64,000 nucleotides of DNA from assembly GCA_963843795.1 (NCBI GenBank), contig CAWJLW010000006.1:1054001-1118000 (forward strand). The letters are read 5' to 3'. The stretch comes from an uncultured bacterium. GTDB lineage: Bacteria; Armatimonadota; Abditibacteriia; Abditibacteriales; Abditibacteriaceae. Made by a program: the position numbers and the translations under genes. Below the pieces are notes generated by a model. It worked only from the letters and a program-made list of their open reading frames with translations, was not told where the DNA came from and ran no database searches. The stretch's first letter is position 1; every line of letters starts with the position of its first letter. Positions 48,138 through 57,700 of the stretch are shown piece by piece.

Positions 48138-50216
48138 TCAATTTCTATCGCGCGAAAATGCACTGTCGGGAATCGGTTGTTGGGCGAAATTTGGCCCGCT
48201 CCATTGCAGCGTGGCGCTGGGACCGTTGGCGCCGAGGGCAGAAAGGTAAAGCCGAAACGGATGTTTGCCTTTTTGCAGGTGAATTTTCGCGTTGGTTTCA
48301 CTGTTGCCTGTGTAGCCAAAATCGGCGTCGATGAGCTGGGTTTCGTGCAAGCGCAAAAAGGCCTTACCAGGCGTGGTGAGACGAAAAGTGTATTCGCCAT
48401 CGCGCGGTGCTTCGATAAAACCTTCGTAGAGCAGAGCGCCGGTTTGCGGGCGCGGCATGACACGCCCGTTGGCGTTGGAAATGGAACCATTTGCGAAAAA
48501 TTGTAAAGCGGTCAATTCGGGCACGTAAGAAAATTGGCCACTGTAAGCTTTCCAATTGACGCCACTTTGCGCGCCGACGTTATCCAAAGCGGGAACGAGT
48601 TCGTCGTCGTAAGGACGTTTGGTCGATGAATTGGGGCGGCGCGATTGCAACGTGAGCGCTTGCATTTTCTGCTGCAACGCGGGCATTTGTGGCGCGAGAT
48701 TGCGTTTTTCCTGCGGGTCTTTGATGATGTTGTAAATTTCGAAATTATCGGCCTGCGATTGCACATCGTAGCGCACGCCGATTAAATCGCCGATGCGCAA
48801 AAACTGCATCTGCTTGCGCGCGCGATTGCGATGTTTGGGCAGAAAATCGGCGTAAGCCGGAGTTTTGCCGCCCTCGAAATATTCGATGTAAACCGTGCTG
48901 TTTTTCTGCGCGCCCCGTCCGGTGAGCGATGGCAGCAAAGAAACGCCATCGCTGCGTGCCGGAACGGGCAGGTTGGCGGCAGCTGAAAACGTCGCGAGCC
49001 AGTCCCAGAAGCCCGAAGGGGTGTTCGAGATACGACCGGCAGGAATTTTCGCGGGCCAGCGCGCCAGAGCGCCGACGCGAATACCGCCCTCCCACACGTC
49101 GCGCTTGATGCCATCGAAGGGGCCAAACGAATTGAAGAAATCGGGCTCGTAATCTTCCGGCAGATATGATTCGCGGCTGGGCCCATTGTCGGTCGTGAAA
49201 ACGACCAGCGTGTTATTGTCGATTTTTAAATCTTTCAATTGCTGCATCAAGTCGCCCAGGCCATCGTCAATGCGGCGCACATCGGTCGCGTAGCGCTTGT
49301 AAACATCGGGCCACGCGACTTCGGGCGTAGCGGGGTTTTTGTCGTCGTCCCACGTCGCGCGCGCGTAATCGGGATGATAATACGAGTCGGGCGCGCCAGT
49401 CGCGGTGTTAATCATTTGCCCGCCTTTGCCCGTCCATTGTACGCCACCTTTCAATCCGCCGCCTTTGGGATAAGGGCCGGGCGGCAGTTGCAGTTTGGCG
49501 TGCGGCGTGTCGTAGGCGAGATAAAGGAAAAACGGCTTATCGGGCGTTTGCGCGCGCTCGTCAGCGATCCATTTTTTGGCGCGCGCGGTGAACAAATCGG
49601 TGGTGTAACATTTGTCCAATTCTTGCGAAATTTCGTTGTGGCCGTCGTAAACTTCGCGGCCATCTTCTTTGGGGTAATGAAAGTGGCCGTCCTGATGACG
49701 AATGTAGCCGAAATAATTATCGAAACCACGATTTTGGGGATGCGCGCGCCAATCGCCATCACCAGTCTTTTGGCCTTGCAAACCCCATTTGCCAATCGCG
49801 CACGTCGTGTAACCGCCCGCTTTTAAAACGCTGGCAACAGTGTGATTATTCTCCAGCGCTTTATCGAACTGATTGTCGCGCACATTGGCGTGGCCTTGCG
49901 TGACGCCTAATAGAAACGAAGCGCGCGAAGGCGCGCACACCGGAGCCGGACAATAATGATTCGGCAATTGCGCGCCTTGTGCCGCAAATTTATCGAGGTT
50001 GGGCGTCGAGTGCCACGGTTCACTGCGATTTTTAGTGCGTGCACGCAAATTTTGAAAAAACACGCCATAGTCGCCGAACCCCATGTCGTCGCACAACACG
50101 AAAATGATGTTCGGCTGGCGCTCAACTGGTGTTGCTCGAACGCTGGCTGACAGCGGTGCGGACAAGAGGGCGCAGGTAGCAAGAAGCTTTTTCATGGTGA
50201 ATTGCGAGGGGAACAT
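48138..50216 (-). CDS. Secreted S1 sulfatase with C-terminal PA14-like domain
   Basis: PNIIFVLCDD, CAPSR (CxPxR), IGKWGL, TDNG, KRDVWEGG; start 50216 or 50195. Confidence 0.9.
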   Translation of the reverse strand: MFPSQFTMKKLLATCALLSAPLSASVRATPVERQPNIIFVLCDDMGFGDYGVFFQNLRARTKNRSEPWHSTPNLDKFAAQGAQLPNHYCPAPVCAPSRASFLLGVTQGHANVRDNQFDKALENNHTVASVLKAGGYTTCAIGKWGLQGQKTGDGDWRAHPQNRGFDNYFGYIRHQDGHFHYPKEDGREVYDGHNEISQELDKCYTTDLFTARAKKWIADERAQTPDKPFFLYLAYDTPHAKLQLPPGPYPKGGGLKGGVQWTGKGGQMINTATGAPDSYYHPDYARATWDDDKNPATPEVAWPDVYKRYATDVRRIDDGLGDLMQQLKDLKIDNNTLVVFTTDNGPSRESYLPEDYEPDFFNSFGPFDGIKRDVWEGGIRVGALARWPAKIPAGRISNTPSGFWDWLATFSAAANLPVPARSDGVSLLPSLTGRGAQKNSTVYIEYFEGGKTPAYADFLPKHRNRARKQMQFLRIGDLIGVRYDVQSQADNFEIYNIIKDPQEKRNLAPQMPALQQKMQALTLQSRRPNSSTKRPYDDELVPALDNVGAQSGVNWKAYSGQFSYVPELTALQFFANGSISNANGRVMPRPQTGALLYEGFIEAPRDGEYTFRLTTPGKAFLRLHETQLIDADFGYTGNSETNAKIHLQKGKHPFRLYLSALGANGPSATLQWSGPNFAQQPIPDSAFSRDRN

Positions 50217-50218
50217 AA

Positions 50219-50258
50219 AAAATCACCGCGTGGCAAGTACTTGCCACGCGGTGATTTT
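50219..50258. repeat. Perfect 40-bp motif-centred palindrome filling the whole intergenic gap
   Basis: AAAATCACCGCGTGGCAAGTACTTGCCACGCGGTGATTTT. Confidence 0.8.
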
Positions 50259-51268
50259 CAGGTCGCAGTGCGATGACGGAAGCGATCTAAAGCGACCGCA
50301 CCGATAATGATGATGCCGGTCACGATTTCCTGCACCCAGTTGGCGAAATCCATTTTGGTGCAGCCATTAGCAACCATGGTCATAATCAGCGCACCGACCA
50401 GAGTGCCGAAAATGCTGCCCTGACCGCCGCTTAATGAAGCGCCACCGATGACAACTGCGGCGATAATATCGAGTTCCAGGCCGCCCGCTGTGGTCGGATC
50501 GCCCAGAGTCAGATATGAAAATTGCAGCACGCCCGCGATGCCCGCGAAGGCCGCGCCCAACATATAGATCGCCAGCTTAGTGCGCTCGACTGGCACGCCA
50601 CATAATCGCGCGGTTTGTTCGTTCGAGCCAATGGCAAAAATATGACGGCCAAAGCGCGTATAGCGCAGCATCGCTGCTACCAGAACCGCGCCAATTAACA
50701 GCAGCCACACGCCGATTGGGAAAATGCGCCATTTTTGGCCTTCATCCAAAGTTGTCAAAAGCCCATTAATCCAAGTTTCGGGTGCTTGCACGGTTTGTTC
50801 GTTGGCCAATCCTTTGGCCAAACCTCGCAAACCGCCCCACAGACCCAGCGTGACGATGAACGGCGATAATTGTAGGCGCGTGATAAGCGTTCCGATTAGC
50901 AAACCGCACAGCGCACCGGTCGCAATACCACCCACAATGGCGACAACCGGCGAAACACCTTTGGCCAGAAGCAATGCGACCGTAACTGTGCATAATGCGA
51001 TGTTGGAACCGACACTGAGGTCGATGCCGCCGGAGATAATCACCAGCGTCATTCCCAGCGCCGCCATGCCCACAACGGCGGTTTGCAGCAGAATCAATTG
51101 CGCGTTGTCCACTGTGGCGAAGGTTTGTGGGCGCAGCGCAGCGAACAATCCGAACACGAATGCCAGTCCTAAAACCGGCCCGATTTTATCGAACAAAGCG
51201 CGCGCATCCGGCATCCGCGCTCGAGTTGCCGTGAGTTCGGCTTGATTTTGGGAAAGATTGGGTGTCAT
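50258..51268 (-). CDS. Sugar ABC transporter permease (RbsC-like)
   Basis: GGIDLSVG, FIVTLG, AIGSNEQTARLCG, ELDIIAAVVIGGASLSGG. Confidence 0.93.
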   Translation of the reverse strand: MTPNLSQNQAELTATRARMPDARALFDKIGPVLGLAFVFGLFAALRPQTFATVDNAQLILLQTAVVGMAALGMTLVIISGGIDLSVGSNIALCTVTVALLLAKGVSPVVAIVGGIATGALCGLLIGTLITRLQLSPFIVTLGLWGGLRGLAKGLANEQTVQAPETWINGLLTTLDEGQKWRIFPIGVWLLLIGAVLVAAMLRYTRFGRHIFAIGSNEQTARLCGVPVERTKLAIYMLGAAFAGIAGVLQFSYLTLGDPTTAGGLELDIIAAVVIGGASLSGGQGSIFGTLVGALIMTMVANGCTKMDFANWVQEIVTGIIIIGAVALDRFRHRTAT

Positions 51269-51324
51269 AGAAAAATCATCTGGCTCGTTCGAATTGTCAT
51301 TTTGTGTGGCAAGTACTTGCAGCG

Positions 51325-52842
51325 CTATTTTGCGGAAGAAACTGCGTTTTCGCTGGCTTCAAGTTCGGTTCCTGTCGCTTCGAGCATGATCGAATGTTCG
51401 CTCCATTCGCCGACCGGGCGCGCTGGCCCCAACTCGCCGCGACACATCACGGCGATGCGGTCGCAGATGCCCAACAGTTCGGGCAGATAGGAGCTGACCA
51501 TCAGAATTGCTTTGCCTTCGCGCGCCAAGGCATCGATCACGCGATAAATTTCGGCTTTCGAACCGACATCAATGCCGCGCGTTGGTTCGTCTAAAAACAG
51601 TACGTCACAGCCATGATAAAGCAAACGTGCAATGGCGACTTTTTGTTGATTGCCACCGCTCAAGTCGCCCACATTTTGTCGCACGTCGCGTCGCTTCACG
51701 CCCAGCGTATCGGCCCATTTTTCCGCATTCTGATCGCGCTGCGCGGGTTGGAAAACTGTCGGGGTTTTGGTTAAAGTCAGATTTTCGGAGATTGACAAAT
51801 CTAAGGCCAAACCTTCGAGCTTGCGATCTTCCGAAACCATGCCGATGCCTTGATTCCAGCGTTGGGCGGGAAGCGCCGCACCGCTGAACTGGCCGATTTT
51901 GATTTCACCGCGTTTCACAACATCCAAGCCGAAAAGCGCGCGCAACAGTTCGGTGCGGCCTGCGCCGACCAAACCAGCAATGCCAACGACTTCGCCGCGT
52001 CGCAATTCCAAACTGGCACGGTTGGGCTTGATAATGCCCGCCACATCATCGAGCGTAAGCACCACTTCGGCGGGGGCGCGCGCGCTGCGTGGATACAAAT
52101 CTTTGACATCGCGCCCAACCATCATCGCGATAATTTGCGAATTTTCAAATTCTGATGTCGCGCCGCCTCCGACACTTTTTCCATCGCGCAGCACGGTAAA
52201 GCGGTCACCGAGTTCACGCACTTCTTCCAGAAAATGCGAAATGTAAATGATGGCTGCGCCCTGCGCGCGCAATCGCTTGACCAGCTCAAACAAACGCACG
52301 ATGTCGCTTTGCGTCAGGCTCGAAGTCGGTTCGTCCAACACCAAAACGCGACTACCCAGCGCCACAGCGCGCGCGATTTCGACCAACTGGCGCTCGGCCA
52401 CGCTTAATTTCGCGACAATCGTGTGCGGTGACATTTGATTCAAACCGACTTGTCCCAAAGCATCGTGCGCCACGCTTTGCATTTGCCCACGTTTGAGAAT
52501 GCCCCGCGTGTGCGGCTCAACACCAAGCAAAATATTTTCGGCCACGCTAAGATGCGGCGCGAGCGACAATTCCTGATAAATCATCGCTACGCCCGCGCGC
52601 CTCGCATCGAGCGGATTTTTCGGCGCGTAAGATTGGCCGTCTAAAGTCATGTGGCCTGCATCGGGCGCGTGCGCACCCGATAACACTTTCATCAGCGTCG
52701 ATTTACCCGCGCCATTTTCGCCCACCAGGGCCAGCACTTCGCCGCTATCGACGTGCAAATCGACGCCATCGAGCGCGACTGTCGCGCCAAAACGTTTTTG
52801 AACGCCCTGCATTTGGAGAAGTGGCTGAGAAGTAGAATTCAT
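51325..52842 (-). CDS. Sugar ABC transporter ATP-binding protein (RbsA-like)
   Basis: GENGAGKST, LDEPT twice, LSGGNQQK, GIDVG. Confidence 0.94.
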   Translation of the reverse strand: MNSTSQPLLQMQGVQKRFGATVALDGVDLHVDSGEVLALVGENGAGKSTLMKVLSGAHAPDAGHMTLDGQSYAPKNPLDARRAGVAMIYQELSLAPHLSVAENILLGVEPHTRGILKRGQMQSVAHDALGQVGLNQMSPHTIVAKLSVAERQLVEIARAVALGSRVLVLDEPTSSLTQSDIVRLFELVKRLRAQGAAIIYISHFLEEVRELGDRFTVLRDGKSVGGGATSEFENSQIIAMMVGRDVKDLYPRSARAPAEVVLTLDDVAGIIKPNRASLELRRGEVVGIAGLVGAGRTELLRALFGLDVVKRGEIKIGQFSGAALPAQRWNQGIGMVSEDRKLEGLALDLSISENLTLTKTPTVFQPAQRDQNAEKWADTLGVKRRDVRQNVGDLSGGNQQKVAIARLLYHGCDVLFLDEPTRGIDVGSKAEIYRVIDALAREGKAILMVSSYLPELLGICDRIAVMCRGELGPARPVGEWSEHSIMLEATGTELEASENAVSSAK

Positions 52843-52872
52843 GAAAATGAATGAACAAGTTGGACAGGGATT

Positions 52873-53868
52873 TCAACTGCCCAGCAATTCTTTAGTTTCT
52901 GCCGTGTTGACGTTGTTTTTGTCGATGACTGCGATTCCGGTGTCGATCTTTTCCGGCACTTTTTCGCCTTTGACGGCGGCGACGGCGGTTTTGACACCTT
53001 CGTAGCCCATTTTCTTCGGATTCTGCACCACCAGAGCGTCGATTTCGCCTTTGTTCAAGCCTTCCAAAAGTTGGGGTGAACTATCGAATCCGACAAATTT
53101 CTTTTTGCCAGCCAGTGCGCTTTGACGTAATGCCAACAGCATTCCCAGCGTGCTCGATTCATTAGGGCAGTAAATTCCATCGGCTGCGCGCAGTTTATCG
53201 ACCATTTGCATCGAAGCATCTTTCGATTCGCCCGCCGTCGCGCCGCCGTAACGATTATCGGAAAGCATCGTAAGGCCAGGATTTTTCTTCATTACCGAAA
53301 GAAAACCTTCTTCGCGGTTATGGGTCGAATCGCTGCCTTCCTGATAGCGCAGCATTACAACTTTACCTTTTCCATTGAGCAGTTTCGCCATGCGTTCGCC
53401 CGCCAACACGCCGCCCTGATAATTATCGGTGGCAACGAACGAAACGAAATCTTTACCGACTTGACCTTTGAGCGCGGAGTCAATAATGACAACGGGAATT
53501 TTCTTATTCGCCGCGCGTTGCACCGAATTCACCAGGGCCGTATCATCGAGCGGCGCCAAAACGATAGCCGAAGTGCCCTCGGAAACGAATTGCTGCACGA
53601 TACCGATTTGACCGGCGCGATCGCTTTCTTTGAGCGGACCTTTCCATTGAATTTCGGCGCCCAGTTCTTTACCTGCCTGACGAGCTCCGGCTTCGATAGA
53701 TTTCCAAAAAACGTGCGTCGTGCCTTTGGGAATCACTGCGATTGTCATCTTGTTCGCGCTTGCTGTGCCGCTGGAATTTTGAGCGGTTGTGGTGTCGGAT
53801 GGCGCGTTATTGCAGCCGGCAATGGCTAAAATTGCGGCGCAAGGCAAAATCAGTTGGGTGAATTTCAT
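52873..53868 (-). CDS. Sugar ABC transporter substrate-binding lipoprotein (RbsB-like)
   Basis: Lipobox IAGC, IPKGTTHVFW, VATDNYQGG, VGFD, QNP.KMG. Confidence 0.92.
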   Translation of the reverse strand: MKFTQLILPCAAILAIAGCNNAPSDTTTAQNSSGTASANKMTIAVIPKGTTHVFWKSIEAGARQAGKELGAEIQWKGPLKESDRAGQIGIVQQFVSEGTSAIVLAPLDDTALVNSVQRAANKKIPVVIIDSALKGQVGKDFVSFVATDNYQGGVLAGERMAKLLNGKGKVVMLRYQEGSDSTHNREEGFLSVMKKNPGLTMLSDNRYGGATAGESKDASMQMVDKLRAADGIYCPNESSTLGMLLALRQSALAGKKKFVGFDSSPQLLEGLNKGEIDALVVQNPKKMGYEGVKTAVAAVKGEKVPEKIDTGIAVIDKNNVNTAETKELLGS

Positions 53869-54158
53869 AAGTTCCTTAAGTTTCCTTGTTGATTGTATTG
53901 ATCTTCTTTCTACAAACACCGACATCGCGTATTGGGATCACCGACAGGCATCTAAAACTGAAATTTTGGGAATCTGGAAAGTTTTGCACCGGCTTCAGCG
54001 CCCACATTTTTAAGGCGATGAGCCAGCGCTTCGCTGCAAGTACTTGCAGCCGTTCTTACAGAATTGTAACGCAAAAACGGGTCGAAATCGGATGAAGAAA
54101 CGGTAATGTGTTGAAACTTTAGCGCAACGCGAGCGGTTGTGCCACTGAAAAATGCAAA

Positions 54159-54202
54159 AAGCGCGTTAGCAAGTACTTGCGCAAGTACTTGCTAACGCGC
54201 TT
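54159..54202. repeat. Perfect 44-bp palindrome with two tandem copies of the 12-mer
   Basis: AAGCGCGTTA-GCAAGTACTTGC-GCAAGTACTTGC-TAACGCGCTT. Confidence 0.85.
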
Positions 54203-54229
54203 CAAGTGGTTTATGGGAATTTCTGTTGT

Positions 54230-54751
54230 TTATTTGGTGTCGGTCGAGGTTTTAGTATCGGCCTGGCTGGCTTCGCCTACGCTTTCCGTTCCCGGCGAAG
54301 CGACATCGGGGCGCACGGCGTCCTGGGGAGTGGCATCATTTGTCGTCGGTTCGTGCGGAGCGCCGTCGGCGTTAATCTCGATAGCAACGTTATCGTCACT
54401 GCTTTCGGTGAGCGAACTGGAGGCGGCGATTTTGTCGGCGCCGGTGCCCATTCCAATGGCGCTATCGGCGGTGTCGGGCGCGGCGGGCTGACCTTTGGTA
54501 GATTTGGCGCGCGATTTACGCGTTTTGGCGGGCGTGGCTTCGGGCGCCGCATCGGGATCGCCCATCACGAACGTAATTTTGCCTTGCACGATTTCGTCGA
54601 TAGCCACGCTCAGTGGATTGGGTGCGCGCACTTCGGTTAGCGGCGTGGCACCACCCTGTAATTGGCGCGCACGCTCGGCTACGGCACGAGTCAAAGCATA
54701 TTTGCCGCCGGGAACGCGTCTTTTCAATTCGGTGATATTGTCTAATGGCAT
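54230..54751 (-). CDS. rpoZ: RNA polymerase omega subunit with long C-terminal extension
   Basis: KYAL..AVAERARQL, NPLSVAIDEI..GKI; SD GGAGG before ATG 54751. Confidence 0.85.
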   Translation of the reverse strand: MPLDNITELKRRVPGGKYALTRAVAERARQLQGGATPLTEVRAPNPLSVAIDEIVQGKITFVMGDPDAAPEATPAKTRKSRAKSTKGQPAAPDTADSAIGMGTGADKIAASSSLTESSDDNVAIEINADGAPHEPTTNDATPQDAVRPDVASPGTESVGEASQADTKTSTDTK

Positions 54752-54992
54752 AAAAGCCCTCCTGGGCACAATCAATGATTGCAGTGCGATAAAGCCTTTC
54801 GATTTTATCAAAAATTAGCTTTTTCGACAACCCTCACTAGATTTCATACTAGTTTTTCGTTCCGCGACGTCAGCGCCACGATTTGTCTCTTGTGTTGTCT
54901 TTCGTGCTGGAAAATAGATGCGAAAAGGCAGCCAACGGAACGTGAAAGCTTGTTTTGCTTCCTCTGACTGGCGCAAAACGCCAGAGGAAATC

Positions 54993-55742
54993 ATGAATTT
55001 TAAATTATCGATACACAGATTATTAACCCCTAAAGCGCTGTATGGAATCGCGGCTGCAGGCGCAGTGACTGTGTTGCTGTTGAGTGCAGCAGAACCCGCC
55101 GTCAGCGCTCCGGCTCTGGACGCTGCCGACAATCGTGTCACTGCGGCTTTAACGCGCGTTTTGCGCGCTCGTGTCACTAGCCCGGGTGGTCTCAAGTTGA
55201 CAATTAAGCCCACAACGCGCGCCAGTGAAGGTTATTTTGCCCAGATTGCGATGGCGGGCAAACCGACAAAAATCAAAAATCTGCAATTGTCCGAACTCAC
55301 TCTGGACGCGCGCAATGTGCGCCTCGATGTGCCCGCCTTGTTGCGCAACAACGACATTAATACCCTGCAAGCGACTACAACTTTTCGTGCTGTGGTCAGC
55401 GAGAGCGATTTGACCCGCGTGATGGCGCAAGGCAAAGCGACGCAGGATATGAAGCTGCGCGTTAAGTATTTGCCCGATGGACGCATGAAAGTGACCGGAC
55501 AGCTCAATTACACCTTGGTCAACGGGCCGGTGCAGGGCATCGGGCGTTTGGTTTTAAAGCCTGGTTCGAAAGTCAATCTCGAAATTCAGTCGTTGAAATT
55601 GCGCGGCCACGAAGTGCCGCAGTTCATCAAAGATCAGTTGTCTTCGCGCATTAATCCTGTCATCGATTACGCCGATGTGCCGTTCAAGCCGCGCTTTCGC
55701 AGCCTTAAAGTTGTCGGTTCGCGTGCGATTTTGAGTTCTTAA
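54993..55742 (+). CDS. LmeA/DUF2993-like protein
   Basis: N-terminal TM or signal, beta-rich elongated domain with V.ESDLT and INPVID; family from recall. Confidence 0.6.
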   Translation: MNFKLSIHRLLTPKALYGIAAAGAVTVLLLSAAEPAVSAPALDAADNRVTAALTRVLRARVTSPGGLKLTIKPTTRASEGYFAQIAMAGKPTKIKNLQLSELTLDARNVRLDVPALLRNNDINTLQATTTFRAVVSESDLTRVMAQGKATQDMKLRVKYLPDGRMKVTGQLNYTLVNGPVQGIGRLVLKPGSKVNLEIQSLKLRGHEVPQFIKDQLSSRINPVIDYADVPFKPRFRSLKVVGSRAILSS

Positions 55743-55773
55743 ATCAATTATTGAAATCGTCGTTTGATTTGTT

Positions 55774-55809
55774 AAATTGGTTCCTGCAAGTACTTGCAGG
55801 AACCAATTT
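55774..55809. repeat. Perfect 36-bp motif-centred palindrome
   Basis: AAATTGGTTCCTGCAAGTACTTGCAGGAACCAATTT. Confidence 0.8.
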
Positions 55810-55822
55810 TAGTTTGAGGACA

Positions 55823-56716
55823 ATGAACATCAACTGGGAAACGTTGGGAATTCGGGGTTGGCACGATTTAGCTGGCGCAGCAATTGTGCTGGTCGGTGCG
55901 CTTTTCTACTGGGCGGTTTTAGCGCGCATTTCGCAGCGCAGCAAACGTCGCTTCGAGCTGTTGCTCGCTGATGCTGAAAACGACGATATTCGCGATTGGG
56001 GCGCACTACAGCGGCGTCTTACCGCGTTGCGCTTAGTCATCAACGCGGCGCGTTACGGCGGCGCGCTGGTATTTGCGTTGCTGCTTTTGTCGCAGTTCGA
56101 TATTCGTGTCAACTCGCTGCTTTTACCGGCGGGCTTTTTCGGCGCGGCTTTGGGCGTGGGTGCGCAGGGCGTAGTGCGCGATACTTTGTCGGGCTTATTT
56201 ATTTTGTTCGAAGGCCAGTTCGCGGTCGGCGATGTGGTGACGATTAATGGCACGACGGGCACGGTCGAAGAAATTGGCGTGCGCGTCACACGATTGCGCG
56301 ATGACAACGGGCAAATTGCTTATTTTCCCAACGGCGCTATCACCAATGTCGCGCGCTTTCCCACGCGCGTTGTGCCACTTTTCGTGCGTGTGCCAATTCT
56401 ACGCTCCGGTCGTCACGACGAAATTGGCATTGTTGTGCAGTTAGCGCTGGAAGAACTTTCCGCGCAGATCGACCCCTCGGCACACGGTTTCGAAGCGGCT
56501 TCTCAACCGCTCGATTTGGTAGAAAGTGAACCGTCGGAAGCAGACTTACGCGAGGACACGATTGGTTACGCGCTATGGCGCTGGGACGTGCATCCGACGC
56601 GCGCTCAGCTATGGCGCGACACAATTCCTTCGCAAGTTGCGGCGGCATTGCGTCGTGCGGGCTTGAACGAAGCCGGCAGCGAAATCGAAGCGTTTCGCGC
56701 GCCAGTCATTTCGTAA
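55823..56716 (+). CDS. MscS family mechanosensitive channel
   Basis: GAQGVVRD.LSG.FILFE.QF.VGD.V, GTVEEIG.R.T, FPNG. Confidence 0.9.
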   Translation: MNINWETLGIRGWHDLAGAAIVLVGALFYWAVLARISQRSKRRFELLLADAENDDIRDWGALQRRLTALRLVINAARYGGALVFALLLLSQFDIRVNSLLLPAGFFGAALGVGAQGVVRDTLSGLFILFEGQFAVGDVVTINGTTGTVEEIGVRVTRLRDDNGQIAYFPNGAITNVARFPTRVVPLFVRVPILRSGRHDEIGIVVQLALEELSAQIDPSAHGFEAASQPLDLVESEPSEADLREDTIGYALWRWDVHPTRAQLWRDTIPSQVAAALRRAGLNEAGSEIEAFRAPVIS

Positions 56717-56738
56717 TTTCTTGAGCAAATCGACACCA

Positions 56739-56772
56739 AAAAGCCGCTCATCAACTTCGATGAGCGGCTTTT
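56739..56772. terminator. Bidirectional intrinsic terminator without the motif
   Basis: AAAAGCCGCTCATC-AACTTC-GATGAGCGGCTTTT between convergent genes. Confidence 0.8.
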
Positions 56773-56780
56773 CTTGTTTT

Positions 56781-56819
56781 TGTACTGGCAAGCATTGGCA
56801 AGTACTGGCAAGTACTTGC
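56781..56819. repeat. 10-bp-period degenerate tandem array ending in an exact motif
   Basis: TGTACTGGCA AGCATTGGCA AGTACTGGCA AGTACTTGC. Confidence 0.8.
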
Positions 56820-56828
56820 TAACGGGGT

Positions 56829-57569
56829 TTAGCGTCCGCCAGTGCGCACTGAATAGGAATTCGTCGAGGTCGTGTTGCTGCCGCCGAATGTCACGCCGCC
56901 ACGTCGCCCGCCAATTGTTACGCTGCCATAAGCCGTAGAAGTGTTGCTATTAGGGTAACCGTAGCTCGGATAGGCCGGGTAGCCGTAACTTGGATAAGCC
57001 GGATAGCCATAACTCGGATACGTTTGCGTATAAATGGTCGTTCCAGCAGGCGCTGTCGTAATATACGGCTGCGTGTTGTAGTTTGGATTGGCCCAGTTCG
57101 GTATGATGTTGGGCGGCCCAATTGGTCCGTTGTAATAGCCACCGGGCGTAATAATCGTTGTATTCGGCGGATAAATCACCGTGGGCGGGTAAGCGTACTG
57201 CGGCACGACATAACCCGGCGGGCAGTAGCCTGGAACATAGGTGTATGTGCTGTCGATGCGAGTATTGGCGCGTGGCTCGAATGTGTTATTCGGACTGCCC
57301 ACACGAATGCGATTGTCGATGGGCGGCGGATTGTTGATCGAGAAAGTATCACGCCGATTGCTGGGTTTGAGTCGACCTGGTCCGTCATAAGAACCGTCAC
57401 GATGATTGCGATTTCCATCGCGGTCGGGCGCAGTCTGAGTAGTTTGTGTACTGCCATCAGGCCGCACTGTCACCCAATCGGCACGCGCTGGAACGCTCGC
57501 TAAAGTAAGCGCCAAGGCTCCCATCGCCAAATAGCGGGTGCCCGTCGATGTGTAATTTTCGTGATTCAT
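56829..57569 (-). CDS. Secreted low-complexity Pro/Tyr/Gly/Thr-rich protein
   Basis: SD GAGGAG, signal peptide ending ARA-D, three YPSYGYP(A) repeats. Confidence 0.75.
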   Translation of the reverse strand: MNHENYTSTGTRYLAMGALALTLASVPARADWVTVRPDGSTQTTQTAPDRDGNRNHRDGSYDGPGRLKPSNRRDTFSINNPPPIDNRIRVGSPNNTFEPRANTRIDSTYTYVPGYCPPGYVVPQYAYPPTVIYPPNTTIITPGGYYNGPIGPPNIIPNWANPNYNTQPYITTAPAGTTIYTQTYPSYGYPAYPSYGYPAYPSYGYPNSNTSTAYGSVTIGGRRGGVTFGGSNTTSTNSYSVRTGGR

Positions 57570-57700
57570 AACGATTCTCCTCTGCTATTATGTCTCTTTG
57601 TTCTAAAGCAACAGTGAGTAGGACGTTCACGCCGCGCTAATTGTTCAGATATTCTGCGCTTTCGGTGCCAAAAATTTTTTGCATTTGTTTGTAGCGCATT

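Noticed and set aside
50231..50244. TGGCAAGTACTTGC as a sigma54 -24/-12 promoter
   Set aside because: GG-to-GC spacing is 9 rather than the required 10, most copies lack the GG, and many lie at gene 3' ends or inside genes.
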